Positions 1-9,500 of a stretch of DNA of 64,000 nt are shown here, piece by piece (the first letter of the stretch is position 1; each line of letters starts with the position of its first letter). The position numbers and the translations under genes were made by a program. Under the pieces are notes generated by a model, which searched no databases, had not been told where the DNA came from, and worked only from the letters and a program-made list of their open reading frames with translations. Location: IMG/VR virus record IMGVR_UViG_3300035698_010959, one strand, 5' to 3'. This DNA comes from a virus.

Positions 1-2340
1 TGTAACACCAGCAAGGGCTAATAACTCATTTGCTATATATAGATATCCTTCATAGGAGTCTCCTATGTCATCTCCCCTACATGTTTTTACTAAATAGTCT
101 ACTCGTTCTGTTAATTCTTTTAATGATTTAATATCTGCTTCATTTGTTATTGTTCCGGCTATTGTTATGTAGGTATCACTAGCTCCCATAAACTGTTGAA
201 CAGGGGCATTTTTTGGAGAGGCTTGTAATTGTGCGTTTGTTACAATATTTTCCATACCTATAGTAACGTTCTCTACTATAAGACTATCTAACTCTATGCG
301 TTCCCATTTCTTTTCAAGTACTTCTGGTATTACTTTTTTCTGTTTAGTACTTCGTCCAGCAGCATTTGATAGTGATCTTCTTAATGGATGTGTGTCTTTT
401 GGTGAGCTTGCGTTTAGTCCAGACTTTGTATATAAGAAATAGCAGTTATCTAAATCATTAAGAACTGCCTGCCCTTTTGCCCGTGCTGTGGCGTTTCCTA
501 CTGTACTTCTAGCTTCTCTAAGGCTATCTCTTCTTTTATCTCTTCCTTCTCCATCTGTAATATCTTCTGAGGTTATTTCTGTAAGATAATTACCGTTGCT
601 ATCTGTATTAGGTAATGTATGTAGGCGTAATCCACCAGGAGCATAGTATACTTTTTCTGCTGTTTGAAATGCTTTTATGGCAGTATCTGGATGTGTAAAT
701 TTTAGTATTATAGCATTCTCTGTTCCTGTGCTATTTGCTCTAACTGTGTTTGTACTATCAGATGAAGACGATCTCCATTCGGCGGATGCTTTGTTATTTG
801 ATGGATTAGATTCTACTTTTACTGTTCCTGGCGCTAGTTTTATAAATAACAATGAGCCTGTAAATTTACCATTACAATTTAATAGATCCTCTGCTTGATA
901 TGACCATTTTTTCTGTAACCCATCTCCTTTATATATTCCAAAGGTATCATATAGTTCTGGCTTTATATTGTCTATCCAGTCTATTGCGTTAGCTACTATT
1001 TGTGTATCTTTTTCTAACGTGGTAACCATTAAATCTTCTGACATTAGTTGTCTATTGGATGCCATTGCTATAAGATAATCTTCATTTGGTATGTTAAATG
1101 CCATATTTCCATTTAATACTGGTCCAAGTGGTTGTGTTTTTGTAGATGTCTCACACCAAATTTTATAAATTGGATAACATATTGTAGAATCAAAATCAGA
1201 TTCTAAAGGAAGATAAGCAGACCAGTTAAATTCTGATGCTTGTATTACAACATCAAATGCTCCTGGAAATCCAGGTACTGTACTTATTTGTAATGCCTCT
1301 AGTGATAGAGCATCTATATCTAGTGTATCATTAAGATATGAGTTTATAACTGGTACAAAAGGAGTATGCTCAAATTGACGTATAAGAGGTAACAGTACAT
1401 TGTTTGTTGCCGTTATATCTGGAATATGTATATGTATTTGTAATTCTTTTTGGGCTTTTCCTGTACCTCTTTTTAGACTACCTCTACTACGTAGTAAAGG
1501 CATTAACTCTATGTGTTGGTTTCTATTAAGAAGTATTTTTTCTGGAGGCAAGTGAAACGCAGTATAACCTATTCTAAAGTATCCTGTTTCACTGAGGTAA
1601 CTGTACTCTAGATTTGATGGTATATATGGTATAGGAACTGGAACCCAATCAGGTTCTTTTTCAAAAATTGTAGGATCATATGGTTTTGCTTTAGTTAATG
1701 TTTTTTCTAACTTAGAAGCTCCCTCTTTTGAGTCTTTAAGCGTCTCCAACATATCCATTTCCCATGAGTAAGGTCCGTATTTATCTGGCATATCTTCTAT
1801 TTTTTCTTTGAGACTATCTATTATTTTCTGTTGGCTTTTGTATGCATTTGGGTATCCAAAAGAAGACGGATTTAGCGGTTCTTTTTTTACTATAGCAATA
1901 ATCTCACTTGCATTTGTTTTTGCGTTGTCATACTTTTTAATATTTTTTGAGGTATTGGAATATGTTGTAAGACTTTCTTTTAATCCATCATTTGAGGACA
2001 TTAAATACTGTAAAGAGTCTTTGTCTACTGTGTTAATAGAAAGTATTCTTACTCCATTATATGTATTTGTATATGAATAGTTGCCAGAAACTAGACGTGC
2101 GTTATCGTGTATACTTATTACTGCTGTATCATAATCGTTAATAGTTATTAATGGATCCGATCCAATATCAATAAGTAATGAATCTTCAGTATTTATATTT
2201 AGGGTAGAGTCTTGTGTTGGAACCATTGGATAGATATGAACACGTCCATGAATGTTATCTTTTGATACCTTAGCAAGGAATACACTTGTATCTCCAACTC
2301 GCGTTGCTCCAAATAATTCTTTTAGTCTTTCTTTTGTCAT
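1..2340 (-). CDS. Large putative virion structural (baseplate/tail-associated) protein, runs off the window edge (>=780 aa)
   Basis: Not in the ORF track because it lacks a stop in the window. ATG at 2338-2340 (MTKERLKELFG...) reads open to base 1 (...YIANELLALAGVT). It follows the 2345..3100 gene after a 4-bp gap. Function inferred from context only. Confidence 0.75.
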   Translation of the reverse strand, partial: MTKERLKELFGATRVGDTSVFLAKVSKDNIHGRVHIYPMVPTQDSTLNINTEDSLLIDIGSDPLITINDYDTAVISIHDNARLVSGNYSYTNTYNGVRILSINTVDKDSLQYLMSSNDGLKESLTTYSNTSKNIKKYDNAKTNASEIIAIVKKEPLNPSSFGYPNAYKSQQKIIDSLKEKIEDMPDKYGPYSWEMDMLETLKDSKEGASKLEKTLTKAKPYDPTIFEKEPDWVPVPIPYIPSNLEYSYLSETGYFRIGYTAFHLPPEKILLNRNQHIELMPLLRSRGSLKRGTGKAQKELQIHIHIPDITATNNVLLPLIRQFEHTPFVPVINSYLNDTLDIDALSLEALQISTVPGFPGAFDVVIQASEFNWSAYLPLESDFDSTICYPIYKIWCETSTKTQPLGPVLNGNMAFNIPNEDYLIAMASNRQLMSEDLMVTTLEKDTQIVANAIDWIDNIKPELYDTFGIYKGDGLQKKWSYQAEDLLNCNGKFTGSLLFIKLAPGTVKVESNPSNNKASAEWRSSSSDSTNTVRANSTGTENAIILKFTHPDTAIKAFQTAEKVYYAPGGLRLHTLPNTDSNGNYLTEITSEDITDGEGRDKRRDSLREARSTVGNATARAKGQAVLNDLDNCYFLYTKSGLNASSPKDTHPLRRSLSNAAGRSTKQKKVIPEVLEKKWERIELDSLIVENVTIGMENIVTNAQLQASPKNAPVQQFMGASDTYITIAGTITNEADIKSLKELTERVDYLVKTCRGDDIGDSYEGYLYIANELLALAGVT

Positions 2341-2344
2341 ACAC

Positions 2345-3100
2345 TTATGCCGCCGTTCCTCTTGTTATATAATTAGAATACATTTCATCTACTCTATTCA
2401 TATCTATTGGATTATCTTTATAATTTAATATTGCTGTTGCTATTGGGTTAGATATTGGTGGGGATTCATCTGTGCTAAGTTCGTTTCTTGATTCTGTACT
2501 TTTAAAGGAGGATATTAAGTTACTGTGGTTGTCTATTGACTTACCTACTGTTTTAAGTCCAGCATTTAATAGCACCCATAATGGTATTGCCAAGAGAGGA
2601 GATGCTATTGTTCTTCCTGTGAGTCTTACTCTTGACATTACATCTTTCTGTATTTTTTCACTTGAGTTAAGTAAACTACCTATTGACTTCCATTCTTTTC
2701 CTTTGGATGCCATTGTTGTTGTATCAGATGCTTTATCACCAAGATATTCATATATCTTACCCATTAGCGGTCTGAGCTTTCCTTGCTCTGTTATTGCTCT
2801 TGTAACAATGCGTGCTGCTGTTAGGTCTGCTATTGGGTCTGCTAGAGCAAAAGCTACTCCACCTAGTTTATTTTCCCAGTTATCTTCTAGTAGTAATGAG
2901 GCAGCACCAGCTGTTCCTGCTGCTAAATATCTAGCACCAAGTAAACTTCCTGCTCCTCTTGAGTATAGTCCTTTTAAACCAGGCATGTGACTAGTTGCTA
3001 CTGTACCTTCTAAGGCTCCAGCAGCAAGTGTAGCCATACCTACTCCAAAATATACTTTTGGGGCTATATTATTATCTTCTGTGGGTCTTGTGTTTTCCAT
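2345..3100 (-). CDS. Hypothetical Gly/Ala-rich protein with hydrophobic segments (possible virion/ejection protein)
   Basis: 251-aa ORF in operon orientation; hydrophobic stretches VYFGVGMATLAAGAL and PLLAIPLWVLL. Confidence 0.65.
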   Translation of the reverse strand: MENTRPTEDNNIAPKVYFGVGMATLAAGALEGTVATSHMPGLKGLYSRGAGSLLGARYLAAGTAGAASLLLEDNWENKLGGVAFALADPIADLTAARIVTRAITEQGKLRPLMGKIYEYLGDKASDTTTMASKGKEWKSIGSLLNSSEKIQKDVMSRVRLTGRTIASPLLAIPLWVLLNAGLKTVGKSIDNHSNLISSFKSTESRNELSTDESPPISNPIATAILNYKDNPIDMNRVDEMYSNYITRGTAA

Positions 3101-3128
3101 TGTGGGAATTGTTGTGGAGTGCTTGCTA

Positions 3129-6100
3129 TTATTTCTTCCAGGTGTCTGCTATTTCTTTACTAACAGAACAAGGAACATCTTCTAAATATACGTGGGCTGC
3201 TTCAAGTAGTCGTGCTTCGCTAGCATCTACTACTGCTTGTATTTTATTTGCTGGGGCAGTTGTTACTATTTCATCGTGAACCCATAATATTATTCTACAT
3301 TCATATGGATAGTCTGACATTTGTACTAAATCTTTATGTAAGTTTATTGTTGCTAACTTTATTGTGTCGGCATTTGTACCTTGAATTGGTGCGTTGACGG
3401 CTGCTCGTTCTATAATACTTATTCGTTTAGAATATTCTTTTGGATTTTGTGTAATGTCTCCTTGTTTTGGCACATCATAATATCGTCTTCGTCCAGCCAA
3501 TGTTGTTGTATACTTTAATTCTTTTGCTTGATTTTTACATCCATCAAGATAATCTTTTATTTTTGGGTATGTTTTAAAGTAAGTAATTATAAGGTTTTGT
3601 GCGTCTTTTACTGGCATACCAGAACGTCTTGCTACTGTATCTGCTCCTGCTCCATAAGGTATTCCAAAGGTAACAGACTTACTTGCGTTTCGTTGGTCTT
3701 TAGTTACTTTTTTTGGGTCTACTCCAAATAGAGAAGCAGCAGTAACTCTATGAAAGTCATTTGTATATACTTGGTCTATATACTTTTTTATATCTGGATA
3801 ATCAATTATGAATTTAGCAAATGCGTCTGCGTTTTCTTCTTGGTCTGGTACCTCTGTAATGTTGTAAGATTTTAGTGCTTCTTTTAATAGTTGCTCTGCT
3901 TCATATCCATCTTTTAATATTTTGATTATTGTCTCGTCGTTAGAAGCTTTTGCTAAAACTCTTACCTCATACTGAGAAAGGTCACAATTGTGGCTAACGA
4001 AACCATTACTTATGTATGTTAGTGGTCCTGGAATATATAGATCATATACTCTATTTTGACCAACATTTTCTATAGAAGCTATGGTATCGTAAATTTGGTT
4101 ATATTCTAGTAATCTATATAGTTCCAACTCTTTATATACATTAGGATATGTAGTTTTTAGGTCTTTAGCTAGTTGTATATTTATTGGTCTTTCTAGACAT
4201 ATAATATTATCTAATAGTTTGTAAAGATCTCCTTTTGGATTAAGCTTCTTTAACTTTTGAGATCTACTAGGCATACTTCTTTTTTGGTGCTTTTCACCAG
4301 ATCTGGAAGACAATTTTTCTAGTTCGGTTTTCTTTCGTATAGATATAAAACCAATTTTATTTTTGTAGTCTTTTACATATGCTGCTGGAATAGATATAGA
4401 CCAATAATTCTTATGTATTTTTACTGTTTGTAATCTTCGTTTTGAAACTATACCTATAGATAGAAGAAGTAATTGCACATCTATAGCTAGTTGTTCATTT
4501 ACTGTAGAAAAGCGTAATCTGCCACAAGGATGATTGGATACGGATCCATCTGATTCAAATAATCCTCTTAGATAAGCCGCAATAGTTTCTGTGTCTGATG
4601 TCCATAGATAGTTAGGGGCATGTGTTTTTGCTCCACCAATACTTTTTAACCAAGCAACTAATTTTGTACTGTAAAACTGTGCATCAAATACTCCTCTATA
4701 ATGTAATATTTGTTTAGGTGTTTGTCCAAATAGAGATTTACATAGTTGCTGTAGGTAGGTATTAAGGTCTGGGTCTTTATCACATACTACCCAATATGGG
4801 CCAGATTTAGAAAAATGTCCATCTCCTGTCATATATCCCATAAATTCTGCTAAATCTTTTGTTGGTTTGTTTGGTGTAGTTACGCTCTTTTCAAAAGAGT
4901 GGGTATAGATAATTTCTGGTAAGGTTTCATTGTTTGCTTGTTTTGTATCAACCAAGTTATTTGGTTGTATTACTATTTTATCTTCTTTTGTTATATGTTG
5001 TAGTTCTTTCCAGCTATAATTTCCTTTATTGTCAAGTATCCGTATTCTATGTTGCGGAGTAGCTATCAATTCATATCCAAGCTTTGTTGTTAGTTTTAAT
5101 GTGTCCTGTATTCCATTATCTATTACTGTATTTACTTTAGCAACTGTTTTAGTATCAGTTAATGTTGTGTCCCCTTTACATATCTGTTCTATAGGTATGC
5201 TTCCTCTATTTGTAGTTACCTTTGTACCTTCTTTTACGCAGATGCCTACTTTATGTCCTTGTGGAGGTACAATCATCTTACGGAATCTGTTATCTTGTGG
5301 AAGGTTTTGTGAGTTTGGACTGTTACTAGAAAATCTTCCTGTATCTGTAGCTGCTTGTTTAACGTTTGAGTGTACTCGTTTGGTTTTTCTATTGTACATA
5401 GTGTCTCCCCATTGCACTATGTAATCATATAGTTTGTTTACTTCTCTATAGTCTAGTAATAGCTCTATACACTTATGTTCTTCTTTATAGTATGTTAATA
5501 CCTTTTCATCTGTGCTATCTGCTGGAATTCCTTTATCTCTAAGTGCTGATAATAATTGTTTTGGGGAATCAACATTTAATTGAGAGCGTGTACAGTTCAT
5601 CTCTTTTAGAAAATTTGTTTCTCTTGCTCTCATCTCTTGTTCAAGCTCTTCTTTTAACTTGGCAATGTGATCCAGGTCTACGTGTATTCCTAGATACTTG
5701 TGTTCACCCAATATTGGAATTAACGGTTTTTCTAATGTTTCCCATATATGCCATAGGTTTTCTGTCTCTAATTGTTTTGTAAGCAGTTCTTGTAATAGTA
5801 ATAAACTACAAGTATCTCCAGCCGCATATGCTATTTGTTTGTTTAACATTGGAGATTTTTTATGTAGAGTTTGAAACAGTGTTTGGCACTCTTTATCTAA
5901 GTGTAGTCCTAGTAACTCAAGAGTAGTTGCTTCTAATGAGGCTCTTGCCTTTAATAGTCCTGCTGTAAGGAGCTGTCTTGCTAACATTGTATCAAATTCT
6001 ATGTTTGTATTTATTTTGTAGTGTGTTTTAAACCAAGGCCATTCGAAGTTAGCTCCGTGTGTAACTATAGAGCACTTTTCTAATACGCTTGTAAAGAGTT

Positions 6101-6440
6101 TGGGATCTAAAACTCTTGGATCAAATACATAACTTTTTCCTATTTTACATGAAAAGGATATAAGAAAGATAATATCATTATGCGGCTCAAGGCCAGAGGT
6201 TTCTATATCTACAGCCAGTAGTTGCTTTTTACCTAACTTTAGTAAAGCCCTACATCCTTTATCTAATACAGATTGACTTGAGATATATTCATATTTTCCT
6301 CCTGGACAGTTTCCTGAATCAACAAGAGGTTCAGCTACCTGCATTATTTTTGGAGTTACTTTACCTTTTGGTGTATCTATAGCAAAATCAAATTGCTGTG
6401 CTATGTATGGTAAAAATACTGATTGTTTCTTTCCAAGCAT
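3129..6440 (-). CDS. polA: Family A DNA polymerase (3'-5' exonuclease + polymerase), intein-containing
   Basis: Exo motifs AVDIETSGL and YAAGD; TDTGRFSSNSPNSQNLP; motif A restored after splicing (KVGI|CDLSQYEVRVLA); motif B RNASKSVTFGIPYG; NAPIQGTNADTIK; motif C WVHDEI. Confidence 0.96.
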   Translation of the reverse strand: MLGKKQSVFLPYIAQQFDFAIDTPKGKVTPKIMQVAEPLVDSGNCPGGKYEYISSQSVLDKGCRALLKLGKKQLLAVDIETSGLEPHNDIIFLISFSCKIGKSYVFDPRVLDPKLFTSVLEKCSIVTHGANFEWPWFKTHYKINTNIEFDTMLARQLLTAGLLKARASLEATTLELLGLHLDKECQTLFQTLHKKSPMLNKQIAYAAGDTCSLLLLQELLTKQLETENLWHIWETLEKPLIPILGEHKYLGIHVDLDHIAKLKEELEQEMRARETNFLKEMNCTRSQLNVDSPKQLLSALRDKGIPADSTDEKVLTYYKEEHKCIELLLDYREVNKLYDYIVQWGDTMYNRKTKRVHSNVKQAATDTGRFSSNSPNSQNLPQDNRFRKMIVPPQGHKVGICVKEGTKVTTNRGSIPIEQICKGDTTLTDTKTVAKVNTVIDNGIQDTLKLTTKLGYELIATPQHRIRILDNKGNYSWKELQHITKEDKIVIQPNNLVDTKQANNETLPEIIYTHSFEKSVTTPNKPTKDLAEFMGYMTGDGHFSKSGPYWVVCDKDPDLNTYLQQLCKSLFGQTPKQILHYRGVFDAQFYSTKLVAWLKSIGGAKTHAPNYLWTSDTETIAAYLRGLFESDGSVSNHPCGRLRFSTVNEQLAIDVQLLLLSIGIVSKRRLQTVKIHKNYWSISIPAAYVKDYKNKIGFISIRKKTELEKLSSRSGEKHQKRSMPSRSQKLKKLNPKGDLYKLLDNIICLERPINIQLAKDLKTTYPNVYKELELYRLLEYNQIYDTIASIENVGQNRVYDLYIPGPLTYISNGFVSHNCDLSQYEVRVLAKASNDETIIKILKDGYEAEQLLKEALKSYNITEVPDQEENADAFAKFIIDYPDIKKYIDQVYTNDFHRVTAASLFGVDPKKVTKDQRNASKSVTFGIPYGAGADTVARRSGMPVKDAQNLIITYFKTYPKIKDYLDGCKNQAKELKYTTTLAGRRRYYDVPKQGDITQNPKEYSKRISIIERAAVNAPIQGTNADTIKLATINLHKDLVQMSDYPYECRIILWVHDEIVTTAPANKIQAVVDASEARLLEAAHVYLEDVPCSVSKEIADTWKK
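3987..5240 (-). mobile_element. Intein (418 aa) with LAGLIDADG homing endonuclease, inserted at polymerase motif A
   Basis: Starts CVKEGTKV, has the ATPQH block B, LAGLIDADG-like FMGYMTGDG and YLRGLFESDG, ends NGFVSHN; the +1 residue is Cys. Confidence 0.93.
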
Positions 6441-6502
6441 ATGTATATTATGTCCTCTTTCCTACAGTTACTATTATACAGTAAATAAAGGAAAAAGTAA
6501 AG

Positions 6503-9500
6503 CTAATTTTGCATAGTTAGTAGTGTTTCTGCTAAATTATTTATGTATCCTTGGTTCATTGTTTGTCTTTGATCGTTTATGTGTGTTGATTGAAATCCCT
6601 CTATTGGGCTTACTATATGTGAGTTTATTGCTTCTTGTAATGATGTAAGTATGTTAGTAGTATCTGTTGGGCCTTCAGTATTTCCTTCTATAAGTATATC
6701 TATTTTGTGATATACTGGTTTTTGTATTGATGCTGTTGTTGTATTTTTTACAGTTTCTATGGGTTCAGATTTATTACTAATCTCTTGAAGATCTGGTCTT
6801 CGTCCTAAAACCATTAACGAGCCAGCCATCATTGCTCCTAATATAAGTGCATACTTTCCTTTAGTTAGTCTACCTGCATCTAATAATTCAGAAATACCTT
6901 CTAGTTTATTTCCTATTCGTGTAAATTTAGTAGTTGCTTGAGAGGTTACTAACTCTTGTGCTTCTGGCTTTATTATTTTATCTAGTATAGTTCTAAGTGG
7001 AGTAGATAGCTCTCTGCTTTGTGCAAGGTCTTCTAGAGCTGATCTCCCAATGTGTCCCATCTCTTCTCCAGCGTACTTTCCTTGAGTGATTCGTGCTTTA
7101 GTAAAATCTTCTAGTGTACTTCCTTCATCAATATTAGTCCATCCTAACATATCCATAAGAGTGGATTGTTGTGGTTCTGTAAGTTTTGCAAATTTTTCTT
7201 CGCTTGTTGCTAGTCCTCCAAGGAATTTATAAGCTTTTGCTTTGCCTGCTCGTTGCGCTCTATATGGAGAAAGTGATGGATCCTGTAGTGCTTCACTTAT
7301 AAATACATTTTCTGTATGAGCTATAGATTTACCCCACATAAGTCTATCTATTTGATTATCTCCTCTTGCAAACATTAGGTCTTCTGCTTCCATTGCTTTT
7401 GCAAGAATAAGTTGTGCTTCATTTTGTGTTTTTGTTTGTATATTTTTTAAGGCATTTTGTCTAATCTGTCTGCTTTGTAAATACTCATTAAAGCTTGCTG
7501 TTGTTTCTAGTGATTGTTGCTCGCTTGCATTAAGGTTTCCTTTGCTAAATCGTTGTAATCTTTCTACAAACTTTCTTCCTGTTAGATTGGAATAGTTTTC
7601 TGGATCTATCGCTTTTGCGGCCTTGGTCCTATTTGATTGATAGGCTTCCAGTATTTCATTATCTAGCATGCTTTCTATTAAACGTTCTTCTGCGTCATTA
7701 GATAATATATCAACTTTTCTAGTTGTTAGAAATGTTTTTAGATCATCTACATCTAGCCCTCCAGGAATGCCTACCATTTCTGCAAGTATTTCATTTAGTC
7801 TTGAGGAGTCTGCTTTGTTTACAAGTTGAAGAGCTATACGTCTAATGTCAGATTGTATCATTAGATCAGAAGCAATTCTTATTGATTGTGGATTATCTCC
7901 TAAAGCTTTTATTGTAAACGCTAATCGTCTGTCATGTGCTGGTATATTTACATCTGTAAGTTGAGCCCATGGCGCTACGCTTTCTATATCTTCATAATAC
8001 TTCCGTAATACAAGATTCTTTTGCCAAGGTGCAAGTGTTTCATTTGCCACTAATTGATCATGTATATTTGAATGTTTTGGTATCCATTCATTTTCTAGCC
8101 AGTTTTTTTCTAATCGTATTTGATCTGCTAGTCTTGGATCATTTAGTGCTGCATCTGTAAACTTCATAGCATCTCTAACTGCCAGTGTATCTTCCGTTAG
8201 ACCAGCAATATCATCTTCCATTCCTCCAAAGTAATCCATTGGATTAGGAAGTCCAGAGGCTTCTTCTAATACTCTTAATCGTTCTAATTCTTTGTAAGGA
8301 AGGTCTACTTCATACATCATCTTACGTATACGATTTCGTGCTAGATCTTCTACAGCTCCTTGTCTTAGTTGTAGTCCTTCTTCAATGTTAACTGGTTTAA
8401 ATTCTCCTAATAACCTGTCTGGTAATGCATGTACTGGGCTATCAATTGGAGCCATAATTCTATTAGCTATTGGTTCTCCAGCTTCATTTAATTCTTGCAT
8501 TACAACACGAACAGATCCACCTAAATCTTCAGCATCCCAACCATAAAGTTTAAATAGCCTTCTCTCTCTTATTCCCCATAAATACTGCATGTTGGATCCA
8601 GCACTTAGTTTTTTTGGAGATCCTCCTTTTGTTGTTTTAAATATATTAAAATTACCTGCTTGATCTAATACTGTGGGTTTATCTATAGATAGTTTATTAA
8701 ATAAATCCATAGTTGTTCGTGCATCAAATAAGCCTATGTGTTCTTCTGTCCAAGCTGCCGATCTTATCCCTAATTTTCTTGATAGATTCTGTAGACTGTA
8801 TCCACCTGGCATTCCGCTTTTCATTATCTTGGATAGCATTAGTGTATCTACACTGCGATCAGACATTGTTTGTAAGCTTTTTATTACATTCTTTCCAAGG
8901 CCAAGATCTTTTGCTCTTTGTGTTAGCATACCTATATCAAAGCCTTTGTTATGTAATAAGAATAGAGTATCATCAGATTGTGTTACTATTTTGCTAGCCA
9001 GTTCTTCTATTAGAGCTGCTTCGTTTTGCATCAGCCTTGGAGTATATTTTTTTCCATATAATAAAGATTCTTGTGTACCAATATCTAATACATCTTCTGT
9101 TTGTAGCATTCCTCCTACAGTTGTTCGTCGTCTTCTAACTGCACCTATGTTGTATATTTTATTTGAAGTGTCTGTTTCTATGTCAAAAGCAAATAAATCT
9201 GCCTCTCCTAATAATGCTTTTTCAATATTAGTTAAGTGCTGTTTAAATGCTGCTGGAGATTCTAATGAACCTATACCTCCTCCTTGTTTTAGTGCAAAAA
9301 TAGGAAGAGTTTTACTTTTCTTAGATCGTGCAAGAGCGTTTGCTATAACTTGTGCTGCTGCAGGTGACCCAGGATCCATTGTTTTAACTATGTTATCTAA
9401 TGATGTAAGAGGTATTTCTGTACTTAGATCTGTTAGGGATTTAATTATTCCTGTCTCTATATCAAGTAACTTAGTGTTTGACATAACTTGATACTGCCGT